Shown piece by piece: positions 1-12,200 of a stretch of DNA of 64,000 nt (positions within the stretch are counted from its first letter, which is position 1; each line of letters starts with the position of its first letter). This DNA comes from Callorhinchus milii (taxonomy: Eukaryota): the NCBI RefSeq assembly GCF_018977255.1, contig NW_024704743.1:97156001-97220000 (forward strand), in the 5' to 3' direction. The position numbers were made by a program, and so were the translations under genes. The notes under the pieces are model-generated. The model had not been told where the DNA came from. It saw only the letters and a program-made list of their open reading frames with translations, and did not search any database.

Positions 1-109
1 AAATTACTCACATTCATTTTCCTATCAACGCCACTTATATTTATTTGCACGAGTCGTATTCATAAGCTCCTAACTCATAGCGATGCTCCCCTTACCCTTC
101 AAAATTCCT

Positions 110-370
110 GCGCTTCCCAGCTGTAATGAATTGCAGGAAATGTCATCCTGACCCGTTGACGCATGCACACTTACCAGCTGGCTACATTAAATTGTGGGAA
201 ATGTAGTCTTGATCCATCGACATGCACGCAGAAGAACTTAATTTCCCGCAATTCTATGTGATTCCAATGCTTGACGATAAGTGCTCATGCGACGATGGAT
301 CACGCATTGAATCGTGGGAAACACAGTCTTAACCCATCACCGCATGCGCACTTACCGGCTGCATTGAATT
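110..370. promoter_or_regulatory. Degenerate ~60-bp direct/inverted repeat carrying ZNF143/THAP11-type and NRF1-type motifs; probable promoter-proximal region
   Basis: ATTGTGGGAAATGTAGT 191-207 (rc ACTACATTTCCCACAAT) with degenerate copies near 130, 240 (inverted) and 310; CGCATGCGCA 341-350; locally CpG-rich. Confidence 0.5.
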
Positions 371-765
371 ATGCATTCTTAGTGTAGATTATTGATTAAA
401 TCGGATTTTATAGAGTTTGCCTGCAACTCAGACTAAATGTTGCATATTAAATGTTTTGATCCTGACTGGTGCAACTTATGTGAGTTTCACTGTGGTACAC
501 TTAGAATGCTTATAGTGGGATTTCTGGTTATAAGTGATTATTGCCCTAAATGTACTCCTGTGTGAAGCACTACCCCGTATGTAGAATTTACTTCTATTGT
601 ATATTAAAAATGTCATTTATAAACCTACAGTAAAGCAATTTTGAAGAACAGAGTGACAAATTCACCAACCCTACTGAACAAAGTACAATAACTCTGAACC
701 CACAACTATGGATCCACTATGTTGAGTAATCATAATAGAATAACCCAAATGAATATTATCCATAA

Positions 766-910
766 ACAAAAACAGAAGTCGCTGGGAATACTCAGCAGGT
801 CAGGCAGCATCTATGGAGACAGAAAAGTGAGTCAACGTTTCGGGTCAATGACCCTTCGTCAGAACTCAACTGTTTTCAGATTTCGAGCATCTGCAATATT
901 TTGCGTTTTG
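766..910 (-). mobile_element. Penelope-like element terminal (pLTR) remnant, followed by an oppositely oriented terminal fragment at 870-910
   Basis: 768-866 is closely similar to 39378-39476, the end of the GIY-YIG element. Confidence 0.75.
828..868 (-). ncRNA. Minimal type I hammerhead ribozyme (Penelope-like element terminus)
   Basis: Minus strand UGAGUU-CUGACGA-A-GGGUC-AUU-GACCC-GAAA-CG-UU-GACUCA: full catalytic core, 5-bp stem II, 6-bp stem I, loopless palindromic stem III (AACGUU). Confidence 0.75.
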
Positions 911-949
911 AATATTATCCATGTTCCTGGCGTTTGTTCTCAATTGATC

Positions 950-1340
950 AGTCGATTACAGGAACTCCCTCCTCATCGGCCTTCCCAACTTTTCCCTTCA
1001 CAAGCTGCAGATCATCCAAAACTCTGCAGCTCGTGTACTCTCAAGCACCAGGCTCCGCGACCCCATCACTCCCACCCTCGCCCGACTCCACTGGCTCTCC
1101 ATCCCACAGAGGATCGAGTTCAAGATCCTTGTCCTCACCTTTAAGGCCATCCATGGCCTTGCCCCTCCTACCTCTCTGACCTGCTGACTCCCTACCAACC
1201 GGCCCGCTCCCTCCGTTCATCAGGCTCCGGCCTGCTCCATGTCTCCCGGCCGACCCGCCCTACCATCGATGTTGACTGTTCAGTGCTTTGGGATGTCCTC
1301 CTGATGTGAAAGGCACTCTATAAATGTAATTTTGTTGTTG
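950..1340 (+). mobile_element. L2 LINE 3' fragment
   Basis: Frameshifted [12 protein letters not shown]...LHWL...RIEFKILVL; tail gggatgtcctcctgatgtgaaaggc...(ttg)n. Confidence 0.9.
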
Positions 1341-2044
1341 TAATATAAGGTGAAAGAGGGTAGAAGAGGAAATGGAATGCTGGCTTTATTTCTAAAATAT
1401 ACTCTTTGATGCTTTGATATATGTAATACTGTGACTGAAGTCTCCATATCATTAGGCAAAGAAATAACTGGAAAAGAACCGTTGCTTCTACATTATTTTA
1501 ACTATCAGAATCCATTTCGTATTTTACACATTTCAGAACAAGCTGCTTAAAATCTAAATTTTCATTTCCAAAACGGAGTGGGTGGTGTGCTTTTAAAACA
1601 ATACGTACTGACCATATTGGGTATTGATGATCAACTTTGGAATACTTTTGACTTGCAGAGGTTATGGTGAGTTTGGGCACAATTGTTTATTAACCTCATT
1701 GATCATAGTGTACTCAGACCTCCCTACCTCTCTGACTTGCTTAACCCACAACCCGCTGCTTCCGCTTGACTGGCTCAGGCCTTCTGCATGTCCCCCATGC
1801 CCTCTGTTCTATCATTGGTGGCCGTACTTTCAGCCACTATGCCCTGAAACTCTGGAACACTCTTCCTCTATCCTTCTGCCTTGCCCCTTTCACATTTTCA
1901 GGTCGCGCTTGAAGACCTTCCTATTCAACCGTGCCTACAGGCACCTCCTGCCTAACAGTCTCTCCAAATTCAGTGTTCTATCAATTAATTTTTTTGCATG
2001 TGAATGCTTGTAAAATCCTTATTAATTCATTGCAAATAGTTTTA

Positions 2045-2822
2045 CAACGAATGTACAGCACGGAAACAGGTCACTCAGCCCAACCAGTTCATTGCTGGTA
2101 CTTATATAAGTCTTTATCCATTCCTTGCTCCCTCCCACATCCTTCTTTTCCCCTCCCTTATGTGGAGATCTAGCTTCTTCTTGAAAGCATCTTCACTGTC
2201 TGATTCAACCACCACTTCAGGCAGCGAGTTCCAGAATCTTACTATTCTTTGGGTAAATTCTCTTAGGTTCCCTCGTCGCTATCTTATTTTTGTGTCTTAT
2301 GGTTACGGACCCCCCAACCAGTGGAAACAGCCTATTTATGTTAATCTTATCAAACCCATTTATAATTTTAAGCACCTCTATTAGGATCCCCCCACCCCAC
2401 CCTTAAAAATGTCTCTTCTCAAGCGCAAAAATGTCCATTCTGTTCTTCCAGAGGTAACCTGCCAGCCCTGGTGTCATTCTTGTAAACCTTCATTGTCGTC
2501 TTTCCACTGCTACTGTAGCCTTATAGTGTGGAGACCAGACTGGGGCACAATACTCTAAATGTGGTCTAATCTACGTTCTGTATAAATTCAGCTTTATTTC
2601 CTCACTTTTATATTCTATCCCTCTGGGGAAAAAAAANGCCCAAGACCCCTTTGGACTTTCTTTTTATAGCCGTATCTACCTGTGTAGCTACTTTTAGAGA
2701 TTTGTGGATCTGAATCCCCAGAAATCGTTGTTCATCTATTCGCCTTAGGTTCCTATCATCTACTGTATATGGCTTCTTTATTTTCCTATCAAAGTGAATT
2801 ACTTCCATTTTCCCACATTAAA
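2045..2822 (-). mobile_element. CR1 LINE 3' fragment, decayed
   Basis: rc LGIQIHKSLKVATQVD, CR1 RT C-terminal region and CR1-type 3' end. Confidence 0.8.
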
Positions 2823-3194
2823 GGTTGTAAGGTGCTTTGCTCATTTCAGCTTGTTAGATCTGCTGCAGTACATTATTACAGGTAGTAACTTGGGATTGCG
2901 TGAGTCAGAATTGATTCCAGGTTAGAAGTTCTGCAGGGAAAATTGAAGACACAGTCTATGTTAGGTGCAAATCACACCTTCACCCATGTTTTTAATGACA
3001 CATAAGCCTTGGAGAACAACTTGTGCACTACTGTGAGTAACGTTTCATTACTCATAATTATTTATTTATCTGCTGAAAGCATAAATAATATCTCTAGGAT
3101 TAACAAAGTCAAAGCCTGTACGTTTGAACATCAGGTGTGAGTTCCCTATTAAAATTTTGACTTGAACTAAGTGATCTTATTTACTGTTTTCCAG

Positions 3195-3241
3195 TATATC
3201 CTTTCAGTACTGAAATTTACATATCCCACGCTTTTTCAAGG
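3195..3241 (+). CDS. TMEM241: TMEM241 coding exon (human exon 2 equivalent): [15 protein letters not shown](G)
   Basis: ttttccag acceptor, gtaagt donor; near-identical to human [16 protein letters not shown]. Confidence 0.96.
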
Positions 3242-6200
3242 GTAAGTATTGCTGTAAGTAATTTAGTGTACAACATTTGAACACTTTTATTACCCATGGT
3301 CCAGCTGTAAACTTGAATGACGTTTCCCCTCCTCTTTTCACTTTTCAGTTGGCAGATGTTGGTGGGAGGATTACTGCTTCAGGTGTCCTGGAAACTGGGA
3401 TGGGTGGAGATGAAAAGTAATGTTTTATGGTAAGGGAATTATTGAAGAATCCTATTCAATCTAACTGTCCAGATATCTGATCCCATCTTAAGATCTGTCT
3501 TTCTTCCCATTATCTAGAATTCAGCACCTTGGGATGTCCCCCCAACGTGAAAAGCGCCATACAAATGTAATTTTGTTGTTGTTGTAGAATTCATGATCTA
3601 GATGTAAATTCTCTTCAAAGATGTTAAAAACCTACCCTGGTTCTGTTTTTTTTGCTCCTTATGTGAAATATGATTTCTTTCATCATCTTAAGAATAGCAG
3701 CAGATATTTAAAAATATATCTTGTACACATTAGTATGACCTTGAAACTATTTTTCAAAGCATGGTGGAGAATGGCTGACTTATTGATATGAGGTGCAAAT
3801 GCTTCAAGTAATTTTTGTGAAGTTTTAGTCTCCAGAAAGTGTAGAACTCCAGATTAAACCAGAATAGTGCTTCAAGTGAAGTAATTTAGTTGGTGCTTCG
3901 GATATTTTCATTACTTCCATCACTTAAAACACACTTACTGGTGCCTTAAGCAATTGTACTAACTTTAAAATGAAAATGCGATTTGCAGATTTTGCATTGC
4001 TGGTTAGAACCAATACTTACAGTTCATCATCCAGTACTGTCTCAACAAACCAGGTGATCAAATTTTCTTGGTGGTTCTTCAACAAATTCTTACTTTCCCA
4101 CTTTGAATCAAAGGATACCAAATAAAATGGAGCAAATTCAAGGGGCAACATGATAGTTATTTGGCAAAGAAACTGATTGAGAGGTGTGGGAGAGAGAAAA
4201 GTGTAAGATAATAGTTTATTTACTTTGAAACTGTGAGAGTTTGTACTAGTCCTGTAAATTCCTGTAGAATTCGATTGGGTGTTTAACTTGAGTAGAGTTT
4301 GTTTTATGTCACTACCCAATTAACATCTTGTCTTTAGGGAACTTTTTGAAGGAATGAACCTGATTAGTAAAATGTTGCCAGTAATTAGACTTTCAGCCAG
4401 CAAAATAACAATATTTAAATGAGATAACTAGCATTAAATTGCACAAAACTAGAGGTAGAGTTCTTTACACCCAAATACAGTATTTTACAGTCAGAAATGT
4501 ATTTGCAGCTAATTTGTTTTTTATTTAATTTTTGATAGGTCTGCAAAGATTTCCTGGTTCCCGGGGGCAGTGCTGTTTGTTGGCATGATCTATGCAGGTT
4601 CTCGGGCACTATCTAAACTGGTAAGGGTATTTTTTTGGTTAAGGGGTGGGGGGAAAGAGGAGTTAGATTACTGAAATCAACGTTTGCATTCCAATGTTTT
4701 GACATTGTGCTTCTAACTGTTCTGTCAATGCATCATGAATTTGCAGGATTCTATTACTCCAGCTTGGTGATTAGTGTTAAACTTTCTAATTCATGTTGAA
4801 AGCATTCTGGCGTATCAGAATAATGTTATTTTCATCAGATCTAGCCAGATTAGCATTTTAACATTGTTTTCCAGGTTGTTAATTTCCCATCATTGTCACT
4901 TGCTGAAATTCCTTCATGAATGAATTAATGTTAGCAGCACTTCCTGCTTATGTGTATAGCAAAGTGACATTAGTGGAAGTTAGCATTTTTTTGCACCTTG
5001 CCTGTAATGCAGCTGCTGATGCATTGAACTCAATGAGATTTCCCTACAATTTTTTACTGTCTTTCTTCCACCCCTTCATGTCTACTGTTTACTTTAAAAC
5101 AATACATACTGCCCATAGACTGTACTTCCCCTTTAATTAATTCATATTCAAATTGTATATTCTTGTGCTATTGTTCCTTTAAAAGTAGTAGTGTGTGTCT
5201 CATTCTCTGGTTTGGTGTGGTCATTAAGGACATCTGCCCTAAATTGGAGCTGAGTGAATCCCAGCAGAATTGATCCTTGCTCCAAATGTAAATTGGGTTT
5301 CTGAGAGTTTTCAGTAACTATCTGACTCCCAATTAAAGAGTTATCCTTCTATAATAGTTCCGTTGTGTTTTAAGTCAAAGAATAAGAACGCAAACCAAGT
5401 CTCTTCCTGCTTTTATAATTTAGATTTGTTTTCTCTAGTTGCTGTGCCCAGTTTCTCCTCTTCTTACTGGCTGCCAACTCTGGAGAGGGTGCTCAGGTCT
5501 CATCCTCTTCTCAAGTAATTTATATGAAGCACTTTGAAATGTTTTCACATTATAGGTGCTGTAATGCATACAGGTAACACTCAAACTGAAATGCAACTAT
5601 GTATGTGACAGGCTTTGGTGACTTAAATCAATTGTCAGCCTGGCTCAGTTGGCAGCACCCACCTCAGAGGAAGGTTATGGGTTCAAACCCCACATCGGGA
5701 CTTTGAACTTACAGTCTAGGCTACCACACCAATGTTTGCGCACATGTGCAATACTTCCTGATATCTATCTTGAAATGGTCGTTTTGTGCCTTCTCGTTCT
5801 GCTGTCTTGGCATATGTGAAAATATAGTTCTGGGTTTATTTTCTCAATCTCAATTAGAATATTACATACCTATAATTATATCCCATTAGAATATTATATA
5901 CCTATATATCTATAAAATCCTCTCTTAGATTTTTTTCTTTTCAAGACTGATGAGCCTTATCTTACTGTAACTCATCCTCTAAAACTTGAGATTATCCTGA
6001 TTGTTGTCCTTTGTACCTCCTCTAGGGTCAGGCCGCACCCTTATGTTGTGGTGACCCTTATATATTGTACACAGTATTTCCCATGCCTTTCCTTATAGAG
6101 AAACAGCCCAAAAAGCAAAACATGGACTATGATCATAACTCAGAAGTTGTGAATGCTGCTGTTTTTTTTGTCAGGCAAGCAGAGGCCCAAATCTGATAAA

Positions 6201-9200
6201 AGGTCAGAAATCAAAACAGTAGCTGCAGAATAGTCTTAAAGACTGGGATTTTTCCCTGGTTCTTTCTTCATATATGTAAAATAGTAGGAAACCTGAAAAT
6301 TAATTGACAAACCAAAAGTTGGAATTAGTTCAGCAACTTCCAGTTTGTGGATATGGTATTTTCAATCCTTTTGACTCCAGTTTAAGACAATGTCAAACTT
6401 GCTGTGATTTGTCAGTTCTCATCGGAGCCACTAGGTGGAGTCCCTGATTAATATTGCTTGTGTGCTATTTATTCTGTTAAGTTTTTCTCCTAATCTATGT
6501 TGAATATGACATTCTGATAAGAGATTTATATCTAAACTTCTACTTTCCAACTTCCTTCTGCAAGTAACAATAGCTTAGCTTTTACAACGACAGCTTGGAT
6601 TTATATACCATACCTTGTGGTAGCATCTCGGAGCGCTTAACAGTGGAGGAGCTTAGCGCTGAGCTGGAGAGTTGGGGGTGGGGTGATCATAGGCATGGTT
6701 GAAGTGCAGGTTCTTGAGGCATGACCTGACAATGGGGAAGCATGTGGCAAGGGATTGAGGAGAAAGTTGCAGAGTTTTGGGGCGTAGTGGCTGTTAGCAC
6801 GTCTGCCAGTGGTGAAACAGAGGGCACGAGGGACAAGCAAGAGGCTTGAGCTAGTCGAGCAAAAGCAATGGGTAGTTGGTCGGGGAGTGAGTAGGTCGGA
6901 GAGGTTCAGTGATAAGGAGCCAGTGGACCCTGGCTAGAACTGGATTGATGGGGGTATAGAGTTTGATGCAGATGAGTATGCAGTATTGAAGTTTTGGATT
7001 AACTGGATTTTGTAGATACTGGAGCTGGGGAGACCATCGAGGAAGGTATTTGAGTAGTTGAAGCAGGAGGTGTTTGGGCTATGTCTGGGGTAAGGTACAG
7101 TTGGAGGCAGGCAATGGAAATGGAGAAAACAGTCTTGGTCAGGAACCGGATGTGCGGTAGGAAGGACACCTGTGGGTTGATAACGTATCCAGTGAGTGTC
7201 TGAGGAAAGTCCTGGGTTTGATTTTCCTGGCGGATCTTCAACCAATGGGGATGCTACACTTGGTTTCAGCCTTTGGGTTAGGGAATAAGGACGGTCTGAA
7301 TTCCTACTTGTGGTCAGACTCTAGTGATCCCTACTCAAAGTGATTGTGTGTAAACATCAGGTGAGGATAGAATCTGGCTCTGGACTTTGATCAAATTGCT
7401 TCTAGACAAGCCTTGCAGAGTTTGATGCTGTGCTGTGATGAAATACAGTACAGTAGAATGGTTACTCTAGAATGAACTGAAAGTTCCTCTTCGTTCAACC
7501 CTCCCTTGTTATCTTGTGAGGTGAGGTTTTGGAGATGGTTAGCACATGTAGAGCCATTATCCCATTATTAATTACAATGAATAAAAACCTTGCAGGAGGA
7601 TTTCAGAATGCTGAATTTGTGAACTAGTTTTTATCAATCCTGGAAAATGTTCTGTTATGTTTAAGATTTTTTATGATTGACCTCTTGCAGCCCATCCCAT
7701 TCTTCCTTGTGTTTCACAATGTATCTGAACTTGTTGCCACCATCCTCCAGAGGCTGTCCAAGAAAGAGGTATGGAGTATTTGTGTTGTATTTTCATTATC
7801 TATTCATCCTGCCCTGCTAGAGCTATACACTATACAGTACAATTTACATTTACTGCACACTGCCCTTCACGTGGCAGTATGTATCAAAGGGCTTCATACT
7901 GCTTTCTGGGGACCAGAGCCTGGGTGTTGGGACCATAAGTTGAGGTTTGGGAATACTTTCTCATGTCAGCAGCACTACATAGGTCGCCATTTTCTTAAGT
8001 GAAAATTGAAGTCATGCCACCCAATTCCTGTCTTTATGAAAAATAGCTGACTTCTGGGTCGTCATGTTGCTGCTCATGTCACTCCTGCATACTACACAGG
8101 AAGCGGCGCTGATGTCTCTATGTGATGTTTCCTTTACATTGTGCAAAAAATACAGGAAGTGACGTCTATGACAACTTGACAAACCAGATTTTGTCATTTC
8201 AACATGTCTTTGCAGTATGGGGCTTGAGACATTGGGCACAGATGCCATGCGCCATATAGAATCAGCAGTTTGAATGGTTCGTACTGACACACGTCTAGCC
8301 CCATCTCCAATCTCCCTTTCCTCTCCAACGTCCTGGAACGAGTCGTTGCTTCTCAGCTGCATTCCTTCCTCTCCTGGCACTCCCTTCACAAACCCCTCCA
8401 ATCGGGTTTCTGTGCCGCCCACAGCACAGAAACCGCCCTGGTCAAAGTGACAAATGACATTCTGTCAATCTGTGATCAGGGCTCCCTCTGCCTCCTCGTC
8501 CTCCTTGACCTCTCTGCTGCCTTCGACACCGTTGACCACTCTATCCTCATCCACCACCTCTCCTCTCACCTCAACCTCCACGGTTCTGTCCTTGAATAGT
8601 TCAGATCGTACTTCTCACACCGCCTCCACTTCATCTCTACAAGTTTCTCCTCTAGTCCCCGCACCATCTCGTGCAGCGTTCCTCAGGGCTCTGTCCTTGG
8701 GCCCCTCCTCTTCAACATCTATATGCTCCCTCTTGGTGACATCATCCGCAGACATGGGGTCAACTTCCACATGTATGTGGATGACACCCAACTGTACCTC
8801 TCTACCTCCACCCTTGACTCCAGGACCACTGCTGTCCTGACAGAATGTCTGTCAGACATCAAGTTCTGGATGAGAGCTAACTTTCTTCAGTTGAACGTCA
8901 ACAAGAACGAGGCTCTCCTGATTGGCTCCCGTCAGCGCCTCCTCACCTCAGGAGTGTGCATCCATGGATGGTGACAGCATAACCATCTATGGATGCACAC
9001 GCCATCTTACTAAGCCAGTCCGGAACCTTGGCGTCTTGTTTGACACTCAACTATACTTTCTACCCCAAATCCGTGCGATGACCCACTCTGCCTTCTCCCA
9101 CCTGTGCAACATTCCCCGGCTCCTCAACTGTCTCGCACCACAGGCCGCCGAAACCCTCATACATGCATTCATAACATCCAGGCTTGACTATGCAGGCTCC

Positions 9201-12200
9201 CTGCTTGTCGGCCTCCCTAACTCCTCCCTCCATAGGCTGCAGATCACCCAAAACACTGCAGCCCGTGTCCTCTCCCGCACCAGGCTCCATCACTCTTATC
9301 ACCCCATCCTCGCCCGACTCCACTGGCTTCCCATCACACAGAGGATACAGTTCTCGTCCTCACCTTCAAAGCCCTCCATGGCCTTGCTCCCCCCTACCTC
9401 TGTGACCTCCTATCCCTTTACCGTCCTGCCCGCTCCCTCTGTTAAGCGGGCTACGGCCTGCTTCACCTCGCCCCTTTTTGCCCCCCCACCATTGACGGGC
9501 AGGCCTTCTTCCACTCAGCCGCCACCCTCTGGAACTCCATCCCGCAGTCCATCTGCCTCGCCTCCTTCAAGACCCATCTCAAAACCCTCCTGTTCGACCC
9601 TGCTTTCGATCACCCTGCTTCCCCCCTGCTCTTCACCCTCTTGAATCCCGCCCCCCAGCTCAGGTCTGAAACACTGACTGTCCAGCGTCTTGGGACGTCC
9701 TCACGACATGAAAGGCACTTTACAAATGTAATTTTGTTGTTGTAGTTGGGCCATGAGGATGCAGAATCCAGTACCTAAGCTGCTGTGTATGTAGCTTGAG
9801 AAAGTTAGCTGAGTTCACTGAACTCTTGATTTCACTCACACGTGCATTCAGTGTAAGGTGCAGCTGAGCGCAATTGAAGCAATACAGGTTGAATGCTACT
9901 TTCACTTCCCTGAATACTGTTCTACTGCGTGTAATAGCAAAAAAAATCAGGTAGTTGAAAACTAGATCAGGTATCCCCAATAGAGCAGATACTGGACTTA
10001 GTGCTTTAATGCTATAGTTGAGAAAGTGAGTTGGTCTCTGTAACCTGAATGTGCCTAATTACTGTTACCAGCAGAAATACAAGTCATTTGATAAAGACAA
10101 TCATTTAAACAACAAAAAAATGAGAGAATGGTTGGAATCATTTGAAGATCTGTAATCCTTTTTGTTCCCATTTAATTAAACTAGGTTTAACCTCTTTTCA
10201 AATTCATATGACCTAGTTTTACAATCATGAAATCAGGTCAGTTTATTAGGCCAACATAAATTAAACATAAATTGCCAATCTTGCTCACTGGGTTCAAATC
10301 CCTACTCAACACCATTGTGAAAGTATCATTGTCACAAGGATTAGATCGGTTTAAAGAGAGAGACCCACCATGACTTTCTTTGGGTAAGCTTAGATCAACA
10401 ACAGACTTGGTCCTTGCCAGTCATACTGATATGAGTTTAAATATATAAAAAGAGAAATATTGCAAATAAGACCCCATTATCCGAATTAGGAAGTATAGAT
10501 AGACTGCTGCAGGATCTGAACTGTAAGCTCTGATTACAAGTACACATGATCTTTCTTTTATTTTACACAGAAATGGTCTTTTATGAAGTTCCTGAGGTAA
10601 GTTGGTCTCTTGTCGTACATCCAGTAATATTGCTAGTCAATTGCATTTCCACACATTTACCAAATGTTATGTCATGGATCTTGGTTTTAAATCAATTTTT
10701 ATTGGCTTAGGTGCTATTCAGAAGAAGTTGAGAATTTAAATTCGAATAAACCTGTAGGAAATATGTAAGGAAATGAGAAAAAAAANCACGTGCAATGCAA
10801 TTTATGACAAGATCACCAAAGGGATATTATGACTCGCTGAAAAAGTAGAACATTATTCTCTCTGAGCATGACGTGAAAGGCTCTTCATCAATATTTCTCA
10901 TCTCTAACCCCAAACTATATAATGTAAATATTTTAAAGACCTCTGTGTGTCCATGTGTGAGGTTTCTGAGCCCTAGATGTTATGTGCAAGTTTGTTGGGC
11001 TTGTGATGTTGGTTAGTGCTTATGTCCATTGTGAGGCCAGCTCTTCTGCAACACTCAACTGAACGAAAAGATCGTGAGATAGGAAATATCAAGATACAAG
11101 TAAAAATTCTGGTTGTAGAAGAAAAGTTTTGCTAATGCCGAGGTAAGGTCGAATCACCTCATTTCAAACCCTGTCATGTAGGCAAGGAATAGTTTGTGAG
11201 GCAGAGTTAGGCACCAGGGGAAACTCTTCTTTAATGAGTGACATTGATAGGACAAAAGGAAAATCAGTATTGAGCATTTTACTTTCAACTTTGCTCTCAT
11301 CTATCTGGCTGGTACTCTTTCGAGCAATGGGCTGCAGTGGAAATTTGTTCCTCTCTCCATTTGCGTGGCAGAAGCAACAGGTTATTGGGACCAGCTTCTT
11401 GCTGCGAACATTCTGGTCAAAGTTGGATGCACCCTCTTTTGCATTCAACACAAATGGCAAAGGCTCCAGAAGTTGTAGCACAGGTAGGGAACAATTACTA
11501 ATCTTCTCCAAATCTTTTTGTAACTTTAACATCATTTCCACGAATTGGTGAAGTGTGGTGTCTGGTTTGATTTTATACTTCTAACTTGTGTAACATTTGT
11601 ATGACATAAACGCTGCAGTCAGTCAAAATAAGGCACATCGATAACTTGTCTGCTTTACAGATTATGCAGTGAGACTTCAACGAAAAGTAGGAGTTGTGCA
11701 TGTTAAGAGAATATAGTCGGAACAAAAGCCAATGTTGGGAGGATTCTATTTTAAATTCAAATCTTTTCATGATGCATATACAGCTCTTTCCTATACATCT
11801 CTTTAGGGTAATTTTGTGGAATGTGTGATATCATTCTCCTCCTCTGTCTAACATATCTAATTTATTCTGTTGGACAGTTAAGGGCATTTCTTGTCTATTT
11901 GTTTATTTCAGTTGCTCCCTATAAAAGCTGTAGGCATTCCAGAATTGTGTAGCCAGTGTCCTCTCCGCACCGGGCTCCATAATCTCTTCACCCCATCTTT
12001 GTTCCCTTACTCTCCCTGCTCCCTCCACTCAGGGAAAACAACAGCCAGCTTCGTATTTCCCGCTCATCCACCCCACTATTGGTGGGCAAGCTTTTAGCCA
12101 TTTCTGTCTCCGCAACAACAACTTGCATTTATATAGCACCCTCCACGCAGGGTAACGTCTCAGAGCCCTTAACAGTGACGTAGCCTGACTCAGAGCCGGT

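Noticed and set aside
5853..5906. Repeat-spacer-like pattern (22-bp repeat, 32-bp period) as a CRISPR array
   Set aside because: Two AT-rich copies only, a simple tandem duplication in vertebrate DNA; no cas genes.
7673..8002. 109-aa ORF as a separate gene
   Set aside because: It is TMEM241 exon 5 read through into the intron; ORF 29676-29864 likewise contains exon 13.
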